NCBI GenBank assembly: GCA_963711835.1
Contig: CAVQFQ010000009.1
Location: 18,601-82,600, forward strand
Length of the DNA stretch: 64,000 nucleotides
Direction of reading: 5' to 3'
Origin: an uncultured delta proteobacterium
Lineage (GTDB): Bacteria; Desulfobacterota; RBG-13-43-22
The position numbers and the translations under genes are program-made. The notes beneath the pieces are model-generated. The model saw only the letters and a list, made by a program, of their open reading frames with translations. It searched no databases and was not told where the DNA came from. Positions 1 to 10,448 of the stretch are shown piece by piece. How positions within the stretch are numbered: the first letter of the stretch is position 1; the number at the start of each line of letters is the position of its first letter.

Positions 1-2
1 TC

Positions 3-596
3 TGGCTTTCTATTGTCTGTTCCCCACTGTTTAATGAAACCGGTCAGGTCACCGGAGTGGCCCATGTCGTCCGCGATGTCACCGATCGCAAGAGAGAGGA
101 GGAAGAACTGCGGGCCCTCTCCCTGATTGATGAACTCACCGGCCTGAATAACCGCCGGGGATTTATCACCCTGGCCGACCACGCCTTAAAAACCGCCCGC
201 CGGATGAAAAGGAACATGTGGCTGCTCTTTGCCGACCTGGACGGACTCAAGAAAATCAACGATGAATTCGGTCATCTGGAAGGGGATCGGGTCCTCATGG
301 AAACAGCGGCTATTTTTAATAAGACCTTCCGGGAGTCGGATATTTTAGGCCGATTCGGAGGAGATGAATTTGTGGTCTTAGGCATGGGAACGGTCGAGGC
401 CACCTCGGAAATGATTACCAATCGGTTACGCCAGGTCTTAAAGGATCATAATGCCCGGAAGGATCACCCTTATGCCCTTTCCCTCAGCCTGGGCTTTTCC
501 CTGTTCGATCCCAAATTTCCCGTATCGGTCGAAGACCTCCTCTCCCAGGCCGATCATCAGATGTATCAGGACAAACGCAAAAAAGCCCTGGCTTAA
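3..596 (+). CDS. PAS/PAC-GGDEF diguanylate cyclase, 5' end outside the window
   Basis: Frame is open from base 3 (PAC-like WLSIVCSPLFNETGQVTGVAHVVRD), followed by DELTGLNNRR, an RESD I-site and GGDEF. Confidence 0.92.
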   Translation, partial: WLSIVCSPLFNETGQVTGVAHVVRDVTDRKREEEELRALSLIDELTGLNNRRGFITLADHALKTARRMKRNMWLLFADLDGLKKINDEFGHLEGDRVLMETAAIFNKTFRESDILGRFGGDEFVVLGMGTVEATSEMITNRLRQVLKDHNARKDHPYALSLSLGFSLFDPKFPVSVEDLLSQADHQMYQDKRKKALA

Positions 597-617
597 ACTC
601 CAACCGAAGGAGAAAAA

Positions 618-2849
618 ATGGAGGATGAACGAAAAACCAAGGCTCCGCTTATTAAAGAATTACCGAAAGCCCGGCAAAAGATCCCCTCTTTAAAAAAACC
701 CGGTCGGCAGGAGACCAAAAAAGGTCTGACCCGGGAACAGCAATTACTGCTCCGCATCACCAAAACCAGCCCGGTCGGCATCACGGTGGTGAACCGGAAG
801 GGGCAGATCACCTTCGCTAATCCCCGGGCCGAAAAGGTCCTGGGATTGACGAGAAAAGAGATCACCCGACGCACCTATAACGCCCCGGCCTGGTCCATCA
901 CCGATTATGACGGGCGGCCCTTTCCCGACGAGCAGTTGTCCTTTCGAAAGATTATGGCTACCGGGAAACCGGTTGATAATATTCGTCATGCTGTTCAGTG
1001 GCCTGATGGACGGAGAGTCTTGCTTTTGGTCAACGCTTCCCCTCTTTTTGACAGCAGCGGACAATTGGATGGTATGGTGGCTACCATCGAGGATGTCAGC
1101 CAGCAGGTAAAATTGGAGCAGGAACTCAGGTCCAGCGAGGAAAGGTTTCGGCAGATCTTTGATCATATGAGCAGTTGTGTGGCGGTGTATCAGGCCGTTA
1201 ACGAAGGAGAGGATTTCATCTTCAAGGACTTTAACCGAGCCGCTTCGGAGATAGAAAAAATAAAAAAAGAAGATCTCCTCGGAAAATCCGTATGTGAGGT
1301 TTTTCCGGGAGTTAAACCATTTGGGTTGTTTGAGGTTTTTCAAAGGGTTTGGAGGACGGGTCGGCCCCAGCATCATCCCGTTGGCCTTTATAAGGACAAC
1401 CGCGTTTACGGCTGGAAGGAAAATTATGTCTTCAGGCTCCCCTCCGGAGATATTGTTGCGGTTTACGATGACATCACGGAAAGCAAGCAGGCTGAAGAGG
1501 CCCTTCGGGAAAGTGAAGAACGCTACCGCCTTCTCTTTCACCGGACCCCGATCGGCATCTTTCACTATGACGGGGAATTGAAAATCACGCTCTGTAACGA
1601 TCGACTCGTCACTATCCTGCAATCCAGCCGGGACCGTCTGATCGGGCTGGACATGAAAACCTTAAAGAATCAGAGCGTCCTTCCCGCCTTAGTCAAGGCC
1701 CTGGAAGGGGAAGAAGGCCTCTATGAAGGCTTTTATCAGGCGACCACCGGCACGGCTACTATCTGGGTTTCCCTGCATACCGCGCCCCTTTTTGACCGGC
1801 AGGGGCAGGTCAAAGGAGGAGTCGGGATTGTGGAAGATACGACCGACCGCCGGGAAGCCCGGGCGGCCCTGGAAAGAAGCGAGGCCAGATACCGGAACCT
1901 GGCCGACAGCCTGCCGCAGGTGGTTTTCGAAGTGGATGAAAAAGGGGTAGTCATTTTCGCCAATGCCCAGGCCTTTGCGACCTTTGGATATAGCCCGGAG
2001 GATTTTGAAAAAGGGCTGGGGGCCATGGAAATGTTAATCGAGGAAGACCGGGAAAGGGCCTGGGAAATCGTCACCCAGGAGCTGGCTTCAGGTAAAGAAA
2101 GGTCAGGCGATCACTACACGGCCCTGAGGAAAGACGGGACTCATTTTCCAGTGATGATCTATGCCACTCCGATCTTTCAGGATCAAAAATTCTCGGGCTT
2201 CCGGGGGATCCTGATCGACATGACCGATATTAAAGGCATGGAAAGAGAGCTCCAAAACAGTCTGGATAAATTACGGGGGACCATCGAATCCGTGGTCCAG
2301 GCCATGGCCTTGACCGTGGAAGCCAAGGATCCCTATACCGCCGGTCATCAAAGAAAAGTAGCCGCCCTGGCCCAAGCCATAGCCCGGGAAATGGATCTCC
2401 CTTTGGACCGGGTGGAAGGCCTCCGCATGGCCGGGATGATTCATGACCTGGGAAAAATCTCCGTCCCTTCCGAGATATTGAGCAAACCCAACCGGCTTAC
2501 CGACCTGGAATACCAATTGATCAAAGTTCACTCCCAAGCCGGGTATGATATTTTAAAGGAAATAGATTTTCCCTGGCCTATCGCTCAAATGGTTCTTCAG
2601 CATCACGAACGCCTGGACGGATCAGGCTATCCGACCGGTCTTAAGGCTCAGGACATCCTGCTCGAAGTCCGGATCCTCATGGTGGCCGACGTGGTCGAAG
2701 CTATGGCTTCCCACCGGCCTTACCGCCCGGCCGAAGGGATCGAGAAGGCCCTGGAGGAAATTTCCCAAGGTCAAGGAAGACTATACGATTCCGAGGTGGT
2801 GGAGGCCTGTGTGAGGCTGTTCAGGGAAAAGGGATTTACTTTTAATTAG
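618..2849 (+). CDS. Multi-PAS HD-GYP phosphodiesterase
   Basis: Four PAS-like repeats, then KDPYTAGH, HDLGK and HHERLDGSGYP motifs; RBS aaggag. Confidence 0.93.
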   Translation: MEDERKTKAPLIKELPKARQKIPSLKKPGRQETKKGLTREQQLLLRITKTSPVGITVVNRKGQITFANPRAEKVLGLTRKEITRRTYNAPAWSITDYDGRPFPDEQLSFRKIMATGKPVDNIRHAVQWPDGRRVLLLVNASPLFDSSGQLDGMVATIEDVSQQVKLEQELRSSEERFRQIFDHMSSCVAVYQAVNEGEDFIFKDFNRAASEIEKIKKEDLLGKSVCEVFPGVKPFGLFEVFQRVWRTGRPQHHPVGLYKDNRVYGWKENYVFRLPSGDIVAVYDDITESKQAEEALRESEERYRLLFHRTPIGIFHYDGELKITLCNDRLVTILQSSRDRLIGLDMKTLKNQSVLPALVKALEGEEGLYEGFYQATTGTATIWVSLHTAPLFDRQGQVKGGVGIVEDTTDRREARAALERSEARYRNLADSLPQVVFEVDEKGVVIFANAQAFATFGYSPEDFEKGLGAMEMLIEEDRERAWEIVTQELASGKERSGDHYTALRKDGTHFPVMIYATPIFQDQKFSGFRGILIDMTDIKGMERELQNSLDKLRGTIESVVQAMALTVEAKDPYTAGHQRKVAALAQAIAREMDLPLDRVEGLRMAGMIHDLGKISVPSEILSKPNRLTDLEYQLIKVHSQAGYDILKEIDFPWPIAQMVLQHHERLDGSGYPTGLKAQDILLEVRILMVADVVEAMASHRPYRPAEGIEKALEEISQGQGRLYDSEVVEACVRLFREKGFTFN

Positions 2850-3712
2850 TTCGGAGTTGAGAGTTCAAGTTTTAAGGGAGAAACTGCCTGCTGCCTAGGG
2901 CCGATTTTTATTTCAAAGAGCTTCGGCCAGAGCTTGCCGGTGACAAAGAGGCGGCCGGCCCCGGCGTCGTAGGCGATGCCGTTGAGCACATCCACCGGCC
3001 GGTGGGCATCCTGAGGCGACAGCAGCCCTTTACAATCGATCCAGCCCGTCACCCGGCCGGATTTCGGAGAGATGCGTGCAATCCGGTCGGTCATAAAAAC
3101 ATTGGCCAAGACCTCGCCGTTGACAAATTCCAATTCGTTCAAATTTTGGATGAGTCGGCCGTCATCGTGCACCTCCAGGCGCTTGCTCTCCCGGAAGGTA
3201 TCCGGATCTAAAAAATACAGCCTCGCCGATCCGTCGCTCATGATCAGATGCCGGCCGTCCTGGGTGAGTCCCCAGCCTTCGCTGGCATAGGCGAATTTTT
3301 TCAGCAAACGAAAAGTTTCCCGTTCATATACCAGGCCCGTCCCGGACTTCCAGGTCAGTTGAATCAGCCGGTCTTTCCAATGCGTCAGGCCTTCCCCGAA
3401 AAAATGGGCAGGCAGGCCGTAGTGCTTCAATACCTTCCCTGACTCCAGCTCGACTTGGCGAAGACTCGATCTGCCCTGAAGGCCGGTGCTTTCATACAAA
3501 AATCCATTAAGGAAGATCAGGCCCTGAGTAAAGGCCTGCGGGTCGTGGGGATAGGCTTTGACCAGGACATAGTTGAAGACCGGTGTCTTTTTTGCCGGAC
3601 CCTGGGCCTTCGGCATCGACGAAGAGAAAAGGGTAACCCAGAAGAAGGCCGCCATTCCAAGGTGGACCGATATGACCTTGAGGTGAAGTTGCCTAATTTT
3701 TGAGGATTGCAT
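2846..3712 (-). CDS. Glutaminyl-peptide cyclotransferase (plant/bacterial QC type), exported
   Basis: PHDPQAFTQGL, YESTG, FGEG, EGWGLT, LNELE and VLNGIA motifs; hydrophobic N-terminus. Confidence 0.9.
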   Translation of the reverse strand: MQSSKIRQLHLKVISVHLGMAAFFWVTLFSSSMPKAQGPAKKTPVFNYVLVKAYPHDPQAFTQGLIFLNGFLYESTGLQGRSSLRQVELESGKVLKHYGLPAHFFGEGLTHWKDRLIQLTWKSGTGLVYERETFRLLKKFAYASEGWGLTQDGRHLIMSDGSARLYFLDPDTFRESKRLEVHDDGRLIQNLNELEFVNGEVLANVFMTDRIARISPKSGRVTGWIDCKGLLSPQDAHRPVDVLNGIAYDAGAGRLFVTGKLWPKLFEIKIGPRQQAVSPLKLELSTPN

Positions 3713-3743
3713 TAATACCCCTTCAATAATAAGGGACCGTCCC

Positions 3744-4958
3744 CTATTTTGCTTTTTCTTCGGAAAATCGCAGATGCCGGATCAAAGGCATGCAAACCAG
3801 GGTGACCCCGCCCACCAGGATAAAACCCAGGGAGAAAGATACCCGTTCCCCGGCCAGACCGATCAGGGCCGGGACCACCCCGCCGCCCAATAGAAACCCT
3901 AACGGCACGGCAAAAGATACTGCCACATTGCGGCTTTTGGCCGGTCCGATTTGGTTGATGGCGGTAAAGGCCGCCGGGAAAAAACAGACCGCCGTCATGG
4001 GTTGGAGAAAAACGAAGAGAAGAAACCAGGAACTGTGGGGGATCCCCAGGAGGATAGTCAATGCTCCGGTTATGATTAGAAAACTAAAGAGGCTTTTTTT
4101 TACCCCCAGGCGATCCACAAACCAGCCGGCGATTAAGGCCACAAAGATCCCGGAAATCCGTGAAAGGGCTACCAGACTGTTGGCCCAGCCTCGACTCAGA
4201 CCCCGTTCCATAATTAGATAAAGGGGCAGCATGGTATAGACGCCGAAACTGGTGCCGATACCCAGGCTGAATAAGACGATCATGATCCAGAAAGAAGGTT
4301 TTTTTAACAAATCACCAACCACCCGGGGTGTGGGCGCCTCCCCGTAAAAATGGCCGCCCCGGCCGAAAAAGGCATATCCGATCCCTAAAAGGAGGGATAA
4401 GGCACCCAGCAGGGCCATGAGCCCTCGCCAGGTCCCCCAGCGCAGGAAGGCCTCGGCTAAAAAAGGGGCGGCCACAAACCCGATATTGGGGGCCAATTCG
4501 TGAACCGCCATGGCCTTTCCCCAATCCCGGGGTCGAATCAGGGCGGTCAGGGCGGCCATACCGGAAGGAAGGTAAATCCCGGCCGTCAGGCCTAAGAGCA
4601 GCAGCCAGATCCGGAGGCCCCAAACCGTTTGGCTTAAAGAGAGCACCAGCAGAACGACACCCATACTCAAGGCTGAACAAAGGATGGTTTTCCGGTGCCA
4701 AATACGCGAAGAGAGGTATCCGGAGCCCAGGAGGGCCAGACTGTACCCCCCCGAAATCAAAAGGAAAAGGCCGCCGGCTTCTTTATGGCCCAGATGGAGG
4801 TCCCGCTCGATCATAATCAGCAGGGGAGCCAGGACAATCCGAGATAAAAAATTTAAGAAAAAAATTCCGGCCAAAAAGAAAAGAGGTCCCAGATTGGATC
4901 GCAGGTCCCCTCGAGGCAGATTCAAAGAGGATTTTTCTGGCAGGGAAGATCTTGACAT
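3744..4958 (-). CDS. MFS transporter
   Basis: 404 aa with about 12 hydrophobic segments and a GWFVDRLGVK motif-A-like loop. Confidence 0.88.
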   Translation of the reverse strand: MSRSSLPEKSSLNLPRGDLRSNLGPLFFLAGIFFLNFLSRIVLAPLLIMIERDLHLGHKEAGGLFLLISGGYSLALLGSGYLSSRIWHRKTILCSALSMGVVLLVLSLSQTVWGLRIWLLLLGLTAGIYLPSGMAALTALIRPRDWGKAMAVHELAPNIGFVAAPFLAEAFLRWGTWRGLMALLGALSLLLGIGYAFFGRGGHFYGEAPTPRVVGDLLKKPSFWIMIVLFSLGIGTSFGVYTMLPLYLIMERGLSRGWANSLVALSRISGIFVALIAGWFVDRLGVKKSLFSFLIITGALTILLGIPHSSWFLLFVFLQPMTAVCFFPAAFTAINQIGPAKSRNVAVSFAVPLGFLLGGGVVPALIGLAGERVSFSLGFILVGGVTLVCMPLIRHLRFSEEKAK

Positions 4959-5036
4959 AGGCTATCCAACATATTATTTTTTCTATCACAAAGCAAGATG
5001 AAGGTGGGAATGCCTAAAAAGAAAAAAGGAGGGACC

Positions 5037-5615
5037 ATGGCTTACACGGCAAAGGATTACGGAAAATTGATCGGCCTCGAGGGCTTCAGCGAAACGCTGC
5101 TGAAGAATCATTTTACCTTGTACCAGGGCTATGTAACCAATACCAATAAAGTACTGGATACCCTGAAGCAGATGCTGGCCGAGGGAAAAACCGCAGCGCC
5201 TGAATATGCCGAGTTGAAACGGCGCTTAGGCTGGGAATTCAACGGCATGCGACTCCACGAATATTATTTCGAAAACCTGGGAGGAACCAGGCCCTTGGAT
5301 AAGAGCGGGCCGTTGGCGAAAAAGTTGGCCGCAGATTTCGGAAGCTACGAAGCCTGGGAAAAGGACTTTAAAGCAACCGCGGCCATGCGCGGCATCGGTT
5401 GGGTGATTTTATACCAGGATCCGGCAACAGGCGGTTTGATTAATTTCTGGATTAATGAGCATGATGTGGCCCATCCGGCCGGAGGCAATCCCCTCCTGAT
5501 CCTGGACTGCTTCGAACACGCCTATATGGTTGATTACGGACTGAAACGGGCTGATTATATAGAGGCTTTTTTTAAGCAGATCACATGGGCCGCGGTGGAA
5601 GGGCGGCTGAAATAA
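5037..5615 (+). CDS. Fe/Mn superoxide dismutase family protein (ChrC-like subgroup)
   Basis: NHFTLYQGY, LHEYYFENL and DCFEHAY metal-ligand motifs; ATG at 5037 follows RBS aaggagg. Confidence 0.88.
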   Translation: MAYTAKDYGKLIGLEGFSETLLKNHFTLYQGYVTNTNKVLDTLKQMLAEGKTAAPEYAELKRRLGWEFNGMRLHEYYFENLGGTRPLDKSGPLAKKLAADFGSYEAWEKDFKATAAMRGIGWVILYQDPATGGLINFWINEHDVAHPAGGNPLLILDCFEHAYMVDYGLKRADYIEAFFKQITWAAVEGRLK

Positions 5616-5681
5616 ATTCTCTCAACCTCTAACCTCGCCGCCGGAACAAAAAGAAGCGACGACTCTTATTTTTTTTGGTTT

Positions 5682-6001
5682 GTCCCAACGTTACGTGATT
5701 CTTAAGCGTATCCATTTGTCGAGGGCTTCGGGGGTCTTGGTTTCAAGGTTGTCCGAAAGGTAATCCGTAGCCCCAACCCGGCCCGAATTTCTAAGTGGGT
5801 TCAGAGACGGGCATTCACCAAGAGGATAATTTGCCTTGGTGTTGGCCTGTTTCTAAACCCACTTATAAACTTCCTGCCCGGGTTCAGGCTGCCGGCGTTT
5901 TGGCGGACAATCCTTGAAACCAAGACCCCTGAAGCCCTTTGGGGTGATTTAATATTTTAAGAGGCTACCCCTTCGGGTTGAGAATCACGCAACGTTGGGA
6001 C
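5682..6001. repeat. 320-bp nested palindromic (fold-back, MITE-like) element
   Basis: Terminal IR gtcccaacgttacgtgattct / agaatcacgcaacgttgggac (1 mismatch); inner arms 5722-5755 and 5904-5938 pair; further arms close on a loop near 5823-5834. Confidence 0.85.
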
Positions 6002-6006
6002 CACCC

Positions 6007-7344
6007 CTATTTTTTGCTGCCATTGGGCGGCTGGATCGTCCCCCTGACCCAATCCAAATTCACCAGGGCCACCTGATAATCCCTCTTGGCCCGGGTCATA
6101 TTGCCTTTGGCCTGGAGTAGATTAAGCTGCGCGTCATCTACCTCCAGACGGGTTTTGACGCCGAATTCAAACCCTTTTTCGGCCATCGAAAGCAGCTTTT
6201 CGGCCTGTTCCACGGTCCCGGTAAGGGCCTGGACGATTTCAGCGGCCTCGATCACCCCGTTGACGGCCTCGCGGGCCTGGAGCAGGATGGCATCCATCAA
6301 CTTGGCCTCTTCTATCATCAGCGTGGCTTTTTCACTCTTGGCCTGGGCCACTTTTCCCTGGGTCCGCAGGCCGTCAAAGAAGGGGAAGGTCAGGTATAAA
6401 CCGGCGGTCCAGGTGGGGCCGTCGGCCCGGCTGCTTGAAAAATCCAGCTCCTGCCAGCCGTATCCGGCCTGGAGGTTTATCTTGGGCAGGATCCCGGTCT
6501 TGGCGATAGTGACCAGCTCTTCGGCTATCCCGATGCGGTGTTTAAAATTGGACAGCTCCGGTCGGTTATCCCAGGCGGTTTTGAGGGCCTCCTCCAGTTG
6601 GGGATAATCCCGGATCGGTTTTTCCAGCCGGCCCTGGACATCCACTTCCTTTCCTTCCAGGCCCAATAAAAAACGGAGTCTTTCCCGGGTCAGGGTGATC
6701 TGGTTCTCCGCTCTTATAACCGCCGGCCGGGCATTGTCCCTATCCACCCTCCCGGCCAGTACGTCATAATCCGTGGCCACTCCGGCCGCATATTTTTTTT
6801 GGGCCTCTTCCAAATGGCGGATTTTTTGCTCCAGGTTCTGCCGGGCGATGCCATGCAGCTCTTTGGCCAAGAGGACATCATAGAAGGCCGCCGAAACATC
6901 CCTCAAGGCCGCCTGCTGATAGAGACGCAGTTGGTCATCAGCAGTGGCCAGGCCAATCTTGGCCGCCCGGATAGCCGCTTCCACGGTCCCGAAGGAATAG
7001 ACAAGCTGGTTGACCCCGATGCCGACAGTGCGGGTGTCCCGTTCCACCGGGAAGAGCTGGCCGTAGGCCGTCTGGCTTTCGTCCCGGGCCCGGGAAATGC
7101 CGGCCTGGATCTGAAATTGCGGCAAGGCGGCGGCCCGTTCCTCCAGGTAGCGGCCCTCCACCTGGCGGCGATATTCCTTGGCCTTTTGGATGTCCTTGTT
7201 TTTCTCCAGGGCCGTCTGCAGGGCCTGGTCCAGGGTCAAGACGGTCAGGCTCTTTTCTTCCGCCGAGGCAGCGGGTGAAAAAAGAAGGCCCAGAGAAAGA
7301 ACTAAGAACAGAGGGAGAAAATTTTTCAGGGGTAAGCGGTTCAT
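6007..7344 (-). CDS. TolC-family outer membrane efflux protein
   Basis: Signal peptide and two OEP-like repeats; ATGA overlap with the upstream RND gene stop. Confidence 0.9.
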   Translation of the reverse strand: MNRLPLKNFLPLFLVLSLGLLFSPAASAEEKSLTVLTLDQALQTALEKNKDIQKAKEYRRQVEGRYLEERAAALPQFQIQAGISRARDESQTAYGQLFPVERDTRTVGIGVNQLVYSFGTVEAAIRAAKIGLATADDQLRLYQQAALRDVSAAFYDVLLAKELHGIARQNLEQKIRHLEEAQKKYAAGVATDYDVLAGRVDRDNARPAVIRAENQITLTRERLRFLLGLEGKEVDVQGRLEKPIRDYPQLEEALKTAWDNRPELSNFKHRIGIAEELVTIAKTGILPKINLQAGYGWQELDFSSSRADGPTWTAGLYLTFPFFDGLRTQGKVAQAKSEKATLMIEEAKLMDAILLQAREAVNGVIEAAEIVQALTGTVEQAEKLLSMAEKGFEFGVKTRLEVDDAQLNLLQAKGNMTRAKRDYQVALVNLDWVRGTIQPPNGSKK

Positions 7345-10300
7345 GCAGCAGCCTCCTTCCTGCGCTCCCGGCGCCGGCGAAACCATTGACTTAGATCATC
7401 CAGCAGGGAATAGACAACCGGCACCACCAACAAGGTTAGAAAAGTCGAGGTGATCATCCCGCCGATAACGGCCCGGGCCATGGGGGCCCGCATCTCGGCT
7501 CCGGTCCCTAAAGCCAGGGCCAGGGGCAGCATCCCGAAGATCATGGCCAGGGTGGTCATCAGGATCGGCCGCAAGCGGGTTCGGCCGGCCGTGATCAGCG
7601 CTTCCCGGCGGGGCAGGCCCCGGGAGCGAAGCACCTTGGTATAATCGACCAGAAGAATGGCATTCTTGGTGACCAGCCCCATGAGCATGATCAGGCCGAT
7701 CAAGGACATGATATTGACCGTGTCCCGGGTCAGAAAAAGCAGGCCGGCCATCCCGACCAGGGAAAGGGGCAGAGAAAGCATAATGGCCAGGGGATCGATA
7801 AAGGATTCAAACTGGGCGGCCAGGATCAGGTAAACAAAAAGCACGGCCAGGATGAGGGCCTCGGCCATGTATCCGAAGGATTCCATCATGTCTTCCCCCT
7901 CTCCGGAAAAGACCACCTGATAGCCCGGGGCCATTTTCAGGTCTTTAACCACCTCTTTGACCCGGCTCATGGCCGTCCCCAGGGGAAGCCCGTCCAGGTT
8001 GGCGGAAATCACCACCTCCCGGGAAAGGTCCTGGCGGTTGATCTCCGAAGGGGAAGTGCTCATCGCGTAGGTGACCAATTCCCCCAAAGGCACCAAGGCC
8101 GGGGCCTGGCCCGGCCTTGGAACAGTTAAGCGCAGTTGCTCCACCTGGCCGGGGTCCTGGCGCAGGTCCAGGGGCAGCCGGACCCTGAGGTTTACGGCAT
8201 CGCCGTCCTCATCCTCATAGGTTGAAACCTCTTTCCCGCCTACCAGAGCGCCTACGGTGCGGGCGATCTGGGCGCTCATCACGCCCGTATCCACGGCCCG
8301 CTGGCGATCCACGATCAGACGGTATTCCGGGATATCCTGTTCCAGGGTGACCTCCAGATCAACGATCCCCGAAATCCGGACTATCTTTTCCTTTAACTGG
8401 GCGGCATATTTTTTTAAGAGGGCGATGTCGTCGCCCCGGATATTGACCAGCAGCGGTTTCCGGTTATCCATCCGCCCGGCCTCCAGGATGGAGGGCAGGA
8501 TCCCGGGAACGTTCAGGAGCCGGCGCCGGACTTCCGCCTGAATTTCTTTCTGCTCCCGGAGCCGCTCCTTTTTCTCCGATCAATTTTATGTAGATCCCCA
8601 CATCCCGCACCGTGCCGGTCTCCCCGGCGCCGATGGTGGCGTAGGTGTGCTTTATTTCCGGAAGTTGTTTGAGTTCGCTCAGGACGGCCCGCACCCGCCC
8701 CAGGGATTCATCGATTGAGGCCCCGGGAGCGGTTTTTAAGTTAAGCTGAAATTCCCCGGCATCGAAGGCGGGGAAAAAGGAGGTTTGCAGGCTGAAGAAC
8801 AGGATCATCCCGCCGAAAAAAGCCAGGGTGGTAACGACAAAGACCGTTTTGCGGTGATCCAAGGCCCAGGCGATGACCAGGCGATAGCGATCGGCCGTCC
8901 GGTCGAACCAGGTATTGAAATGATCCAGGCCGCGGGCGATGAAATGGCGTTTTCCTTTGCGCTGGATGTCCGGGTCGACCCAGCGTGAGGAGAGCATCGG
9001 GTCCAGGGTAAAGGAAACAAAAAGGGAGACCATGACCGCGAAGGTGACCGTGATCCCGAACTGAAAAAAGAACCGGCCCACGATCCCCTTCATAAAGGCC
9101 ACCGGAACGAAGACGGCCACAATGGAGAAGGTGGTGGCCAAGACCGCCAGCCCGATCTCACTGGTCCCCTCCCGGGCGGCCTGGAAATGATCTTCCCCTT
9201 TTTCCAGATGCCGGACGATATTTTCCCGGACCACAATGGCGTCGTCTATCAGCAGCCCGATGGCCAGGGAGAGGGCCATTAAGGTCATGACGTTTATGGT
9301 CATGCCTAAAAAATTCATGATAATAAAAGAGGAAATGACGGAAATAGGCAGGGTCAGGCCGGTAATGACCGTAGAACGCCAGGAATTGAGAAAGCAAAAG
9401 ACAATCAGGATGGTCAGGATCCCACCCAGGATCATGGTTTCCTGAACGTCCCGGACCGAATCGCGGATGACGATGGAGGCATCACGGACCACTTCGATTT
9501 TGGTTCCGGAAGGCAATTCAGGCTGAAGTTTCCGGATGGTTTTTTTGACCTGCTCCACCACCTCGACCGTATTGGCCCCCGATTGTTTTAAGATATCCAG
9601 GGCCACGGCCGGGATGCCGTTAATCAGGGCCAGGGAACGCTGCTCCTCTATCCCGTCCCGGACCTGGGCCACCTCTCCTAAGGGAACGGGGCGGCCGTTG
9701 CGCTGGCCGATGACCATGGCCTTGAATTGCTCCACCTCCTGAGGCTTCCCGGAAAGGCGCAGGGTAAATTCCGAATTGTTGCGGTTCAATCTCCCTAAGG
9801 GGGTATTCACATTTTCGGATTGCAGGCCGGCTATCACCTCATCCACCCCGAAGTTCAGGGACTCCAGGCGAACCGGGTCCACCAAGACATTGACTTCCCT
9901 TTTGGAGGACCCGACCAGTTCCACCTTGCCCACGCCGGAGATGTTTTCAAAACGCCGTTTGACCTTTTTATCGACCAGGGTGGTCAGATCGCGGGGGTTG
10001 AGCGTTTCGGATCGCACCGCCAGGGAGACGATGGGCATGGAGGAGATGTCCAGTTTCTGGATGATCGGTTCCTCAATATCCTGGGGCAGGTCTCCCCGGA
10101 CGGTATTGATCTTGGCCCGGGCCTCCTGAGAGGCCTCGTTGATCTTGACATTCAATTGAAACTCGACCACCACCTGGGAGAGGCTCTCCCTGGAGATGGA
10201 AATGACATGCTTGGCCCCGGGAATGCGGTTGACCACCTCTTCGATCCGCTTGGTTACCTCCCGCTCCAGGGTCTCCGGGGAGGCCCCGGGGAACTTGGTG

Positions 10301-10443
10301 ACAATGGACAGGACCGGGATTTCTACATCGGGATACATGTCTACGGCCAGTCTCCGGTAGGAAAAAATCCCCAAGGTGACCAGAGTCAGCATCATCATGG
10401 TGGCGAAAATCGGTCTTTTAATGGAAAGATTGGACAGAAACAT
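7341..10443 (-). CDS. AcrB/AcrD/AcrF-family RND permease, split by one frameshift near 8570
   Basis: ORFs 8464-10443 and 7341-8471 join into about 1030 aa; [21 protein letters not shown] and RLRPILMT motifs. Confidence 0.9.
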
Positions 10444-10448
10444 GGTGG

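Noticed and set aside
744-1622. Long antisense or alternative-frame ORFs (also 9820-10614, 15290-15967, 36940-37911, 61491-62264)
   Set aside because: They are shadows of well-supported genes in GC-rich DNA, with no recognisable motifs.
8464-8600. Naturally two-part RND transporter
   Set aside because: The reading continues seamlessly in the other frame after a single-base correction near an A-run.
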